From Macrostomum lignano (lineage: Eukaryota), in NCBI GenBank assembly GCA_002269645.1, contig NIVC01001778.1:1-64000 (forward strand): DNA of 64,000 nt, in the 5' to 3' direction. How positions within the stretch are numbered: the stretch's first letter is position 1; each line of letters starts with the position of its first letter. Positions 26,701-38,201 of this stretch are shown here, in pieces. The notes beneath the pieces were generated by a model. That model saw only the letters and a program-made list of their open reading frames with translations, made no database searches and had not been told where the DNA came from. Both the position numbers and the translations under genes were made by a program.

Positions 26701-27415
26701 GATTTTGAGATCCCGATTCTGAGATCCCGATTCCGAGATCCCGATTCTGAGATCCAGCTTCCAAGATCCCGATTCTGAGATCCAGCTTCCGAGATCCAGC
26801 TTCCGAGATCCCGATTCTGAGAAGTTACATCATTAAAAGTGAATATATAAATGCAAATACATTAAAGCCGCAACTTACCTGCAACCGAGGCAGAGCACTC
26901 TCGGGTGTCTGCTCACCGCTAGCCAGAGCGCCCAGCTCAACAATCAGCTTAGCAAAGCCTTCATTCTCTTCGCGTAGAAGATTAAATTTCTGCTGTTTAT
27001 AGAACAGCCGAGTCTTCAGTTTAACATAGCGACTCTGAAACGCTTGCTTACTAGCTATGATGTCGAGCTCTTCCAGCGTCTCGTCAGTTAGTCGTTCTTT
27101 TAACAACGGTTCAACAGTGAGCTGCATTGACTGACACTGGCGAATCAAAGCTAGCAGGCGTTGCCTCTCTGGAGAATTCTGCGATTTCAGAGTAGTTTCT
27201 AAGTCTACTACGCTTAGAGCGTCAGCTAGCAGGCTCTCAAAATTAATAGAAGACAGAGTGCTCTCAGACTGCTGATGCTGTTGCATCAGTTTAGCCAGAG
27301 CATTGGAGCAGTCTGGGGAAGATTTGCGTACGTGATCAGAGCACAGCTCATAAAGCTGCTGTTCAATATGGCTAGCTGCTATACCGCCAGTCATTTCTGT
27401 GTCTGCTTTTGGCAT
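14725..27415 (-). CDS. THOC2: THO complex subunit 2, 10 exons, ~1420 aa
   Basis: Exons in transcription order: 27415-26879, 26313-25924, 23962-23315, 22498-22290, 21262-20785, 20114-19682, 18932-18631, 18016-17496, 16058-15800, 15231-14725. All borders are GT-AG and the phases are mutually consistent (4284 nt, divisible by 3). Hallmark THOC2 segments: [120 protein letters not shown]. The start may be ATG 27415 or 27394. Confidence 0.95.
15370..15780. repeat. THOC2 intron 9 minisatellite, ~20-21 bp (AATCTGTACATTCCCCATTG)
   Basis: Tandem copies lie inside intron 15232-15799. Confidence 0.9.
16100..17470. repeat. THOC2 intron 8 minisatellite, 28 bp (CTGGGAGGCTGACCCAGCAACTGAGGAT)
   Basis: The array fills nearly all of intron 16059-17495. 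Confidence 0.95.
18045..18615. repeat. THOC2 intron 7 minisatellite, 12 bp (GACACTATGGCA)
   Basis: The array fills intron 18017-18630. Confidence 0.95.
19200..19650. repeat. THOC2 intron 6 minisatellite, ~22 bp (GAGATTCAGGCACAAGAGGGAT)
   Basis: Tandem copies lie inside intron 18933-19681. Confidence 0.9.
20160..20660. repeat. THOC2 intron 5 AT-rich minisatellite, ~28-31 bp (AATTCTAAGAAATGATTTTTGAGGTACT)
   Basis: Tandem copies lie inside intron 20115-20784. Confidence 0.9.
21360..22280. repeat. THOC2 intron 4 minisatellite, 21 bp (GGATTCGGAATCGGGACTTAT)
   Basis: The array fills intron 21263-22289. Confidence 0.95.
22540..23297. repeat. THOC2 intron 3 minisatellite, 21 bp (GCAGAGAGTGAACAGACAGGT)
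   Basis: The array fills intron 22499-23314. Confidence 0.9.
24050..25765. repeat. THOC2 intron 2 compound minisatellite: 21-bp GAGACAGGGCGATTCTCAGAT grading into 17/20-bp TAAGGGCGATTCTAAGA
   Basis: Both units share the core GGGCGATTCT. The array lies inside intron 23963-25923. Confidence 0.95.
26345..26822. repeat. THOC2 intron 1 minisatellite, ~14 bp (GATCCCGATTCCGA)
   Basis: The array fills intron 26314-26878. Confidence 0.9.
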
Positions 27416-28052
27416 AAGTTTTATAGAATAATGAAGATCAATTGTGAAAGTGAAATCAATGCAGATATGATAGGGCAATCAGATTGGTTAAAAAAAGAAA
27501 AATATGTTTTCGAATTTCTAAGTGCATGGACTTTCTTTTAATTTGAGCTAGTATTTAATATTAACAATTAATTGCATCTGTATACAGCTGTTCAGTCCAA
27601 GAACTGGGGGGTTGCCTTATGCCCTCAATTATTCAATTATCAGAATCCTAAAAAATGATGTTTAAAGCAAAAAAGCATTGCTTTGAATGCCTGCTATCTA
27701 GCCTAAGACATCAGTATCCCCAGCTTATGAGCTTTAGCATTAAAGCCTTATTTTAAGTTGTAGCTTAATAGTTATTATTTTTCTCACAATTCAAAGGCAA
27801 TAAACAAAAGATCCCCTATGAGCTTTGCTTCAAAGCATCTGAGCAATTCTCATGAACCACAGCATTTTAATAATACCCTATGAGCCTTGACTTCTTACTA
27901 AAACATCATAATTTTGCACTTAAATTTAAAAAAATGCAGATCTATATAAGTTATACATGAAGATTTGTAGAATTTGTGCAATATAAAAACCCACAAATTG
28001 TTTTCTAGTTGCTAACTTTATACTATGTTTAAATATACACTTTTGCAAATAT

Positions 28053-28714
28053 CCCTATTGGAATAAGTTGACAAAACGTGGACGACCGTCCATCGCATTT
28101 TCGGATTCTCCTGGTGTTGCGTCGCGCGACAGTGGTGTCAAGTGGTGTGTCGCGTCGCGCGACACTGGAAACCTGGTGTTGTCATGCGTCGCGTCGCGGC
28201 CTGGACCTGTAGCCAAAACCTTGCAAACTGTGTTTCATTGTAATATGTTCACAGTTGTTTCTCGTATTTAAATGTTTCAAACGTGTTTATTAAGTTCTTG
28301 AATTGTTCTTTTTTATTTTGATGGTAAAGTAACTACTACTTCAAGTATAATTTTTAGAAATGTTACTTGTTAGTTACAATGCGTGCGCTGTTTTTCTAAG
28401 TGTTGTACCTTTGTTGTTTTACTGTGTTTATTGTTTTTAAATTTCTTTTTCCGCAAAATTGAAAGGAATACTCTCGTCCCTCGCCCCATGGTCTCGGTGT
28501 CAGGAGTGAACGGCAGAACAGGAATTGTCAATTGCAACGTGGCTGCTGTGGCGTCCTCCCCCCCCCCCAGTCATTCGGTCAACAGACATCGGTGTTGCAT
28601 CGCGCATCGCCGCCTCCCAGTCAACAAAATTTGGTGTCGCGTCGCGCTTTTGAGGGCACAATTTTGGCACCCGTGTCGCGCGTCCGCGGGTTTTTGAAAC
28701 TTATTCCAATAGGG
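28053..28714. mobile_element. Non-autonomous DNA transposon (MITE, 662 bp) with ~35-bp imperfect TIRs and an 8-bp TSD
   Basis: The left end CCCTATTGGAATAAGTTGACAAAACGTGGACG matches the reverse complement of the right end (CCCTATTGGAATAAGTTTCAAAAACCCGCGGACG). The direct repeat GCAAATAT sits at 28045-28052 and 28715-28722. There are CGCG-rich subterminal repeats and no transposase ORF. Confidence 0.85.
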
Positions 28715-31700
28715 GCAAATATTGAGTACTGACAATAACATGTAAACAAAATATGAATTAAGTAAACAAATATTTGAATATTCATTATAGTGGAAGAATT
28801 CATAAAAATTCCTTATATATATTTAAAAAACACAAGATTCTACCAATCTACCAATGATAAATGTCATTTGCAAACAAATAAGATAAATAAAAATGTTTTT
28901 TTATAATTTAATTATTAATAACATATGTTTAGATTCAAATAGAAGAGTCAAAAAGAATAGATAAGATCTCAATCTTGCAATTGATATTCAATATTTAGAC
29001 TTTTTCTCAATCAAAACTTAATTGATTAAATCTCTTTTTTTACCTAAGATATAAAATAATGTAACAAAGAGCCCTGCCTAAGTTGGATGTCAGTATTTTG
29101 AATCTAGCATAAAATTTAGATATCAATATAAACATGTTGAATCAGATTAATTTATATTAGTACCAAAAAAATTCAACTTATTTTTAAGTCACTCATATTA
29201 ATGATTTTAGCAATAATTTGGAAATATGGTGCTCTCTGAAAATGCTAGGTTTTTTCAAATAAAGGTTTTTTGAACAAAAGTGCAAAAGGTTTAGTTTTGT
29301 TTTTTAATACATTAAAATTTATATAAATAGGGCCTTAAACTGCAATTTTAAGTTTTTAGCTTTGCCTTATTTGAATTAAGAATCCAAATCACTATAGTCT
29401 AATATTAATAATAATAAAATTCCAAAATGATAATATAATGAAAACCATACAAAAATCTTCTATTTACATTTAGTATTGAGCCTAGGCTATATTGGCATAT
29501 ACAAAAATTTAATTTTTTTCCAAGGTCTATATAGAGTCTTCCAAACTATTGGGTTTATATAACTTATAAAATTATAAGTCCAATTTAAGTCCAAATTTTA
29601 AATTAAGTCTCACAAAGTCTTGTACCAATGTATTATATTTAGGGTATATTATAAAAAAATTCAATATTATCAAACTTCCAGAATCTAGCTTGTTAGAAAT
29701 ATGAGCACATCTAAATTCTAAGATTATAATTTTTATTTATATCTACTAAACACATTTTTGTTTAAAATTATTATCACTCTATCAATTGAATTTGGCCTAT
29801 CAGTTAAATAAAGGCAGTTGTTATTTATCCAGTTATTAGACAATAACCATGTTTTTCTATTCATCTGGTTAATACTAGACAAATAGGCATTTTGTTATTT
29901 GTCCAATTAAATTGATATTCTATTTTATAGAAACTACAAAAGTGGATATGCCTAGACTTCAAAGACTTCTAACTTGTATCTTGATTATTATGTTGTTATT
30001 AGTGTATTATTAGTATAGTGTATTAGTATAGTGTATTATTAGTTATTAGTATATTAGTATATGTCTATAAAGTATTTTTGTATATTATTTGAATGTATAC
30101 TTTTTATAATGTATCTTGCAATCCTGGAAATTATTTATGAATTATTTTAGTTAGTGTTTATTCAGGAGTGTATTTCCTTTTTTGTGATACTTATTATATG
30201 TACCTTATTACTATTGTTTTATTGTATCATACAATAGGAATTAACTGGCAGTATATATTAATTCCTATTGTATTTGAAACACGAATGTGCTATGTTTGGT
30301 GTTAGGGTTCTTAGGTGCCATGGTAATTTGTAGAGTAGCATAGTTGTTTCAGAATTTGAGTCCAACTAGTTTAAATAGCTAATATATCTGGGCATTTCCG
30401 CCAAATAGGGACACAAATTGTGTCCGAGTGTGCAAAGAAGAAGAAAAATGTTGAAAACAGGAAATCTAACTAGAATTTGTTATTAAATTTCTTTTTTATC
30501 TTGTAGAAGCACAAGAAATTTTCTGGTAACAATAAAAGTTGCCAATTAATCTAAGAAGACGATTAATACCGTAGGAGCATAAAATTTTATATTGAGGCAT
30601 AATTGCTTGCTTATAATTAACTTTCTTTCAGTCAATAATTTTTTGATTGTTTCTTAATGCTTTTAATCAACTTTTTAATTCAGATTTTGTTATTTTTGCG
30701 CATAAGTTCATACGATATTTTTTAACTTTGTCAAAATGTTTTTTTCTGCGCTATATAAAGAACGTAAATCTCTAATTTTACTTTTTAGTAACTAGCCGAT
30801 CACCGTAATTATTCAGAAGTTCCAGTGCAACTTTGCAAGCAGCAAGAAATGCATATGCTTCCACAATCTAGAGAAAGTTTTTCTGAAGCAATATTACAAG
30901 TAAATGTGGGGAAAATTGATTTAGTACTATGTAAATTAATATCTACATACTATAGTGCAAAATGGAAATTACATTTTTATTGATAAATAAACAAGAAGTT
31001 AATGTGAAACTGTTTTATTTTCCAGCTTTTATACTTAATGATAGTCTTGTAAAACTGATTTTGAGAAAAAAAACTAGCAAAAAATAAAATAAAGGGTACA
31101 ACATGAAAATACATCTCGTGTAAGTTGTGTGCTTACTACATTTAAATGTTAATATTTAAGGTATTTGGCTGGTGCCCCCGCTCAAATATTAGGCTCCGCC
31201 ACCCCTGAAGAAAAGGTTTTAAAAATCTAGAATATTATCACTAAACAAATAGATAGGCTACTTGTGTTAGCAATTTAACCGGACAAATAGCAAAATTGTC
31301 CGCTTTAAATAAATGGATAAACAGTAGTGACCCTATGTAAAGTTAAATGATGTGTATGATCATGTGATGCTGCAATGGCATTGGCCATTAAAAGATTCAG
31401 CTGACAGCTGCAGACATTTTTTCATCACAGAAAGCATATAGATGATATAGACCTAGTCACTTAGTTAGATATTTTTTATAAGTTTATAACTTAAGACTTT
31501 TTTAAATTTAAGTAGGCTGGCATAGGCGGCGTAGGTCTACAGGTCGAGGTCGTGGTCTAGGTCACTTGACGATGATCATGCAAGATGATGTGGGAGCAAC
31601 CATATGAATACAGTCAAGCAGAAAGAAAGGCACTGGGTGGGTTTCCCTGAGTCTGAATGACCCAGATGAGATGATATGAAAAAAACAAAAGCATCGTCGT

Positions 31701-32617
31701 TGTATTATTACTTACTTACTCGGTAGTCTATAGGTCCGAGTGTCCTTTCGTTTCAATTCGAATCTTTTAGTTTTCTAAGAACTTTGTGTACTTTAAACAC
31801 AACAAGTGGTTCTATTATTCTATTAAGTAATAAAGAAGGTTTTTTAAAACATTTAAAGGCAGTTTGTACATTAAAACTGAAATATTCAATATATTTTTTC
31901 CTACATGCTAAAACGCAATATAGTACAGTAAACTCAAAACATGACTTTTTAAGAGGCCCCAGTTACCGTACTCGCCTTCTCTACGAAAGGCGGTGGCGGC
32001 CACTTCCCCTATTTTGTGGCTTCATTATCTGCACAGTGTACTAATTACCTCAACTTACCAAATATTTTTCCTCATTCCTCAGTATCCAATTGAACTTCTG
32101 GAGAGCAAATTTTAACTTGCAGTTAAACGAATATTAGTAAGGTTGAACTCAAATCAATTTAGTATTTAGTCAATTCTAATTGAAATTATAGTCGCGATTG
32201 ATTTTACCCTGTCTCTTATAAATGTATGTACTGCAAGTATTCGAAAGCTAACATCTCGTCAACTGCCAACTCGATTGTCACATAGCCATGCGCAGTACCC
32301 ATTCGGCATTTCTATAATGCACTTGACAAGTTTAACTAAAAAAAATTAAGTTGCAATTGTGTGAAACATGCATGGGAGTAGGAAGATATAGCAAAAAGTC
32401 TCTGTAAGAAATTTTAGTGGAACAGTGCTTAACCAGAAGCTTTTTTCTTGCAACTGTGTATGACTGTGTGTAACTACGTACTTTGCATGATACAGTATGT
32501 ACTCGTACATGTACATGTATATGGTACTGTAGGTCACATCGTCGACATTTTATTTAAATTGACGAGAAGACCGGCACCCCATGTACAGTAAATGAATAGT
32601 AGTGATGGTTCCATTTA

Positions 32618-33434
32618 CGAAAGGGGTGTTTCAATAGTAACGAGAATTATGTTATAACTTTTGATCGGATGAACGTACTGTATGAACCTGAAATTTTCAC
32701 CCAACAATTTTACACATATGAGCAACTATATGTAGCTTTATTTTAAGCCTTAGCTGCACGCAACTGTGTAATCGTAAACGAAATATCATGCCTCAAAATT
32801 TTAAATTACGGTTTTTGTCTATGACAAAAGTAACTAAGTTTGAACGTGTTCATCAAGTCAAAAATCCGGCAAAATTTTTCATTTCTTCAGCAATTTCAGC
32901 GAGCTTTACAAAGCTGCCATTCATCTGGATACCTTTCTCGCAGCGATGCACCAGTTTTTTTAATTTCCTCCTCCCAAAAAATTCACGACATTTTCGGACC
33001 ATCCAATAGTCTCAGTCGGAAAAAATTTAAGCCACTTTCACAGAATATTCTGTGGCCACATCAGTCAGAAATTGCAACTTTAACCAGGAATGCTGCAGCT
33101 CAAAACTGCAAGATTATTCCCAAGCAACTTTGCCCATAGAAAGCAGAAAGAGAGTGGGCCCTTATGAGAAGTAGCCAAATTTAACAGCAGAAGTATAAAA
33201 AGCCTTCAAATTTGAGTCTTTTTGCCATAGACAAAAATCGTAATCTTCAATCTCGAGGCGACTTTCATTTACGATTACACAGTTGCGTGTAGCTATATAT
33301 TAAGGCTTAAAATATAAAGCTGTAAGTGGTTCATATGTGTAAAATTGTTGGGTGAAAATTTCAGGTTCATAGATTGTACGTTCATCCAATCAAAAGTTAT
33401 AACAAAATTCTCGTTAGTTTTGAAACACCCCTTG
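32618..33434 (-). mobile_element. Internally deleted mariner-type transposon (~817 bp) with ~165-bp TIRs and TA flanks
   Basis: Long inverted repeats run from (TA)C..AAGGGGTGTTTCAA..GTAATCGTAAA on the left to TTTACGATTAC..TTGAAACACCCCTTG(TA) on the right. A minus-strand remnant, REFFGRRKLKKLVHRCEKGIQMNGSFV, resembles the mariner transposase C-terminus (FxxGIxKLxxRWxKCIxxxGxY). Confidence 0.85.
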
Positions 33435-33799
33435 TACCTATTTTTCAGTTTTTAAGCAAGGATCGGGATGCATGCACTTGTACATGTACAGGTATTTGAA
33501 ATGCAAGCTCACATACTGTAATGTATAGTAGCTTGCAACTGTGACGTGTGGTTATAAAGAATACTATGTATTAACACCACATATCTGATGGTTAGAATAA
33601 AGTCGTGTTGTGCAAACAAAGCTTGATTTGTGGATTTGATTTTGCGGATTAAGGTTAAAGAAAGTTTGTTCAAAAACAACATTCCTCAGGGCTTAAAAGA
33701 GAGGAAATGAAACAATGACCAAGACAATAAATATTGGGCGCCTCGATAAAATGATTTGTGTGTCACAGTACTTGCAACAATCGCTGTTCTACGTCAACT

Positions 33800-35251
33800 T
33801 CAGTCGCTGTCACTGTCCTCAGACGATGACGACAGCGACCAAGCAATAGCTGGCGGATGCGACGCAGCTGGCGAATGACGTAAGCCTATTGGTAACCCCA
33901 TCATAGGATTGCCTGTTCCACCCTGACGTCCCTCATTTCCCAAAGTGACAGCCGCCAATAGCAGTCCGAATTGCATCACATTTCCAACAGTGCGAAGAAT
34001 TTCCTCCTGATGACTTCTACGCTGCTGCTGAGCCATCATGCGAGATCGAAACTGGTCAGTTTCGGCTCTAACTCGCCTCTCAACTTCGAGTCTCTGCCGC
34101 TCTTGCCTCTCCGCCGCCTCCGCGGCTCTCCTTCGCTCCGCCTCTTCCGCTTTCTTGCGCTCCGCTTCCTCCGCCCGCCTCCGCTCGGCCTCCAACTCCA
34201 AGGAGGTGTACTTTCGGCCTCCATTGCTGGAGACCAGACTGTCAGCCTTGGACAGCAGAGCTTCAATCTGCCTGTCCTGAACAGCTCTGTCGCACCTTCT
34301 GCCATTGTCCACCAGGGCGAACCGATTGCCGCATCTGGTGAGCAGCTGGTCCAGGTATGGGATCTTCTTCCTGTGTTTCAGGTGTTTAAAAAGGTAATTA
34401 AGTAAAAGATTACTGGGCAGCTTCCCAGGGTCGACTTGCTTGCCCATACGGTTTTTCGACACCCTGCACCGATGATACCGACATCAATCTGAGGTCTCTG
34501 CCATAAAAAACAGCTCGTGGTTATTACGGGGGCAAAATAAGATTTTTTGGCATATTACCCATGCATTTTATGCTTATTTCAAATGCAATATTTGTCTTGA
34601 CTGACTCTACTTATAGCGTCCTTGAGACGTTGCAGACGTGAGATTGAATTGTACAAGATGCTTGCTAATCGGCCGAGACTTCCAAATAGTGCCAAAATTA
34701 TATGATTCTGAATGAGCCTACTCATTGCACATATTGCACTCATTGCACATTGCACATATACATAGGACTCAACAGCACCTGATCTCCTGCAGCTCATTGC
34801 GAAACTCGGTCTCGTCGTTGTCAAACTCGTCTCCGTGGCTGAACACAACGATGGCGTGCTTGTAGAACTCAGCGCCGAACATCTCAGCGACCACCTCGAT
34901 GGCCCGTCTCTCCTCGGCCGTGAACCGAGCGTCGCACTTCAGCACCACCAGGAAGACGTCGAATCCCTCCGGACAGAAGCTGATGGCTCTCCGGATCTCC
35001 GTCTTGGCCTTCTCCTCGTCTGCAACGTCCATGGTTCCGGGAGTGTCGACCACAGTGAGGTCGCGACCTCTGGCGTGAGTTGAGATGCATTTGCAGTGCG
35101 CAGTGCCAGACAGCATGCCGCGGCCCACCTGGAACTCCTTGGTGTCCAGCAAGGCGTTCGCCAAGGAGCTCTTTCCGCTTCCGGTCTTGCTGACGAGAAG
35201 CATTGCGACTCGTTTTCCTGTTCTTTTGTTGCCATTAACGCTGAAGGCCAT
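33800..35251 (-). CDS. GIMAP: GIMAP/AIG1-family GTPase, copy A (2 exons, 347 aa)
   Basis: Exon 1 is 35251-34779 (ATCAG|GTGCTG) and exon 2 is 34370-33800 (CACAG|GAAG), phase 2. Motifs: G1 LVSKTGSGKSSLANALL, G3 VVDTPG, AIG1 box LVVLKCDARFTAEE..MFG, G4 VVFSHGD, LLTRCGNRFALVDN, then an E/R coiled coil, a hydrophobic segment and an acidic tail. The symbol is family-level only. Confidence 0.9.
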
Positions 35252-35635
35252 TTTAAAGCAGCAGAATGAATCCGATTGACTTCCTACGAATCTATTGATT
35301 GGAGATGTCTGTGTGCAGATGAAGCAGCACCGTTGTTAAGAATTATTGAAGTACAGCAGCAAAATGGTTTGGTTCCTTTTAAGCATGCCATTTCACCAGT
35401 GCAGCATTGTCTAACGGTCTAATAATAGCAGTGACGTTGAATAAGGAACCAAATATGTAATTTTGAACGTACATGGATCTACATCTTTAGGCATAGGCCG
35501 ATGCACAGATCAACCAAACAAGGAACTATACATGTCCGTAGCGTACTACTCGTGCAGATATGATATCTACGTGTGTATTAAAAGATATTCAATATTATTG
35601 TTTTATTTTATTATTTTTTCAAACTCGTTTTTTTC

Positions 35636-36682
35636 TCAGGCGAATGGGCCCGTGACTTGGCTCTTAAAGTCGTGGATCGCACGGGTATAGGCCTCTCTAT
35701 CAGATGGGTCTTTGGTTTTGAGCGCTCGTCTTTGGAGGGTCCTGGCTCGGCGCCGAAGAGCCCCGAGCTCTGGGTTCCACCAGGGAGCAGATTTCTTGCC
35801 TTTATAGGCTTTTAGAGGGCAGGCTGCTTCAAAGGCAGTGGTGATCGCCCCGCCCAGGGAGGAGGCGAGATCATCCACCACCTGGCAGTCAGAGAGGTCA
35901 TTGGGGGGGGGGTCAAGATCCCGAAGGCCGCGGTTCAGCTTCGAGCTGAAGGCGGCCCAATCGGTGTTCCTGACGTTCCGACTCCAAGTGATCTTAGGCT
36001 TTTGCTTGGTCGGCCCAATGCAAAAGCGGATAAAACGGTGGTCCGAGAGCGAGTCCTCGTCCCACACTCGCCAGCCCGTAACTGCGGAAAACAGTCCGGG
36101 TGAGGCGATGGTGGTGTCGATGACTTCGGCCCACCGCCCATTATTGAACGTTGGTGCATTGCCCACGTTACAGAAATTGAGGTTTGTGCTGCTGACGTAG
36201 GCCAGCAGCTCCTCGCCTCTGTTATTGGTGTTCCTGCTGCCCCAATGCAGGTGGTGTGCGTTCACATCCCCTGCAATGAGCAGCTCGAACCGACGGGACG
36301 CGGCGTAGTCAATGAGGTTGACTAGTGCGTCGCAGACAACTGGGGCATCGCCTGGGAAATGGGCAGATGCTACCAGCACAGGTTTATTGGGTATGAGGTT
36401 ATTGATTTGAACAACACAGACGTCCCCAGTCGAGAGATCAGGTCTCATCCATGCCTCTAAAGCTTTTGCAGCAAAGACCAGAGATCTTGGGCGAGGCTGA
36501 GAGCCCGCCATGCAAAAACAGTGGTAGCCAGATGTCACATTATTTGGCTTGCCTTTAGTCATCCAGGGCTCCTGCACGAATACCAGGCCCGGAAGCTGTT
36601 GCTCTGTCGTGCGCATCAGGTTGACTGACGCCGCCACGCAGTTCTGGGTGTTGATCTGCAGACACCAGGTAGCCGCTGGCAT
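35636..36682 (-). CDS. Retrotransposon ORF2 fragment: apurinic-like endonuclease domain, RT absent
   Basis: APE motifs: QINTQN, VQEPW, IAGDVNAHH..WGS..TNNRGE, N.GNAPTF, IDTTIAS, WRV..EDSLSDHRFI. Confidence 0.9.
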   Translation of the reverse strand: MPAATWCLQINTQNCVAASVNLMRTTEQQLPGLVFVQEPWMTKGKPNNVTSGYHCFCMAGSQPRPRSLVFAAKALEAWMRPDLSTGDVCVVQINNLIPNKPVLVASAHFPGDAPVVCDALVNLIDYAASRRFELLIAGDVNAHHLHWGSRNTNNRGEELLAYVSSTNLNFCNVGNAPTFNNGRWAEVIDTTIASPGLFSAVTGWRVWDEDSLSDHRFIRFCIGPTKQKPKITWSRNVRNTDWAAFSSKLNRGLRDLDPPPNDLSDCQVVDDLASSLGGAITTAFEAACPLKAYKGKKSAPWWNPELGALRRRARTLQRRALKTKDPSDREAYTRAIHDFKSQVTGPFA

Positions 36683-38201
36683 CAGTGCAGATCGGGTGTT
36701 GCAGTCGCCAGGAGTTCCTCCTCCTCCTCGGCGCTCACCAGCTTCGGATCGGGGTCGCCGGTGTCCATGGGCTCTTCTTCAGCAAAAAGCCCCCGATTGG
36801 TCGGAAGGCAATAGGCAGCGTTCGCCGCCCTTCGCCCACCGGCCACGGGGTCCTCCGCTTCAGACTGGTCCAATGCCCTGGAGCAGCCAGCCGCCTGGGC
36901 AGGCGGGTCCGTCTCCAGTCGGCCCTGCCCCGAGGGGTTGGGCCCAGCTGGGACGTCCCCACCCTCCCTGGACGAGCTGGTGCGCCTAGGCGTCCCGGCG
37001 ACCTCTCGCCTCAGCTGGGTGATTTTGGCGGTACGGACTGCCTCAGCTGCACGCTGGTACAGGCCGCGCCGCTTGGTGCTGCGCGCCGGGCGTCGGTCGC
37101 CTCCGCCCTCAGCAGCGCGCTCAGCTTTGCCCGCGCGGCCGTGCTGCCGGGCGGGGCGGTTTGCTTTGGCAGACCTGGCAGAAGCTCGCGCCTCGGCCCC
37201 GGCCGCGTCCGCATCCCGCCCGCCCTGCTCACTGCCGCGGGGAGGGTCGGCCTCGTAGGAGCGGATGCGCAGCTTCCAAAGGCCGACGTTGATGAAGCTT
37301 CCGTGTGGATAACGTCTCATCCAGGCGTCCGAAAGCCCCAGGATGGCTGTAAAGCCAGTGCCGTCGGTGCGTTTAAGGGTGTCATGCACCACTAGGCCCG
37401 CGGCGGGAAGCTCTCGGTTGACTGCTAGCAGTCCTTTCCGGAGCTCGTCAGCAGAGGTAACGACGCTCCTGGCCGGAACCCAGATTCGGTGCCTCTTGGT
37501 CCGGGGGCGCTCGTCCTCTCTGCAGAAGGCTAGATTGAGGTCCCAGCTCTGCTCAGGCAGCAGTTCAAGGAGCCGCCGACCCGAGTCAGCATCACTGGGC
37601 CAAATAGGAAGGCACGAGTCCCTCGTCGCATTCGAATGAATGTTCAGAGGCGTGCCCTTCAGAGTTTTCTTCCACAGGAGGCCATCAACGGCGCTTCTCA
37701 CCTGCTTCAGCTGGTCGGGAGACAGGCGCGCGTCCTTCCCCAGAATGACAACCGCCGGTTGCCTCTTTGCGCATCAGCGTAGGAGGCCCGGGGGTCGGTG
37801 AAGCATTCTTCAGGTGGGCTGTCCACCCTCCCGGCTGCATCGGCCTCCCTATCCTGGGCAGGGGCTTCCGTAGGCTCGAGGCCATCTTCCGCCACCGCCC
37901 CAGATTGGGAAGCTTCCGCTGCCGCGGGCGGTTGGCCCCTGGCGCCGGTTAGGCTTCCGCCCTCCTTGGCCCGCCTCGCCTTGTTAAGTCGACGGCGGGC
38001 AGCTCCAGAGGTGGTGCTCAGCTGCTTGGCAGCTGGAGTAGCAGGTGTCTTCTCGGAGGCACCGCTCAGAGTTGGCTCCACGGGTCTCGCCGAGGCGTCC
38101 CCGATGGTAGCAGGTGGTATGGCCGTAGAGTCCACGGCCCCAGCCGAGGCCGGAGGCACTGTGTCATCCACAGCCGGTTGGTTACTTCGGTTAGAAGCCA
38201 T
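36682..38201 (-). CDS. Retrotransposon ORF1 (DUF4780-like by eye) with one frameshift near 37770
   Basis: MASNRSNQPA...RASYADA continues in another frame as AKRQPAVVILGKDARLSPDQLKQVRSAVDGLL...RPRTKRHRIWVP...ATPDLH. One base is missing at SYADA/AKR. Confidence 0.7.

Noticed and set aside
29770-31330. Weak inverted similarity (ATTTTG.TATTTGTCC..TTAAATTG) in the AT-rich block
   Set aside because: It may be an old transposon, but ends, TSD and coding remnants could not be defined.
34371-34497. Alternative GIMAP A acceptor at 34498 or ORF start at 34462
   Set aside because: The 34498 acceptor gives an in-frame stop. The 34370 acceptor matches the paralog exactly.
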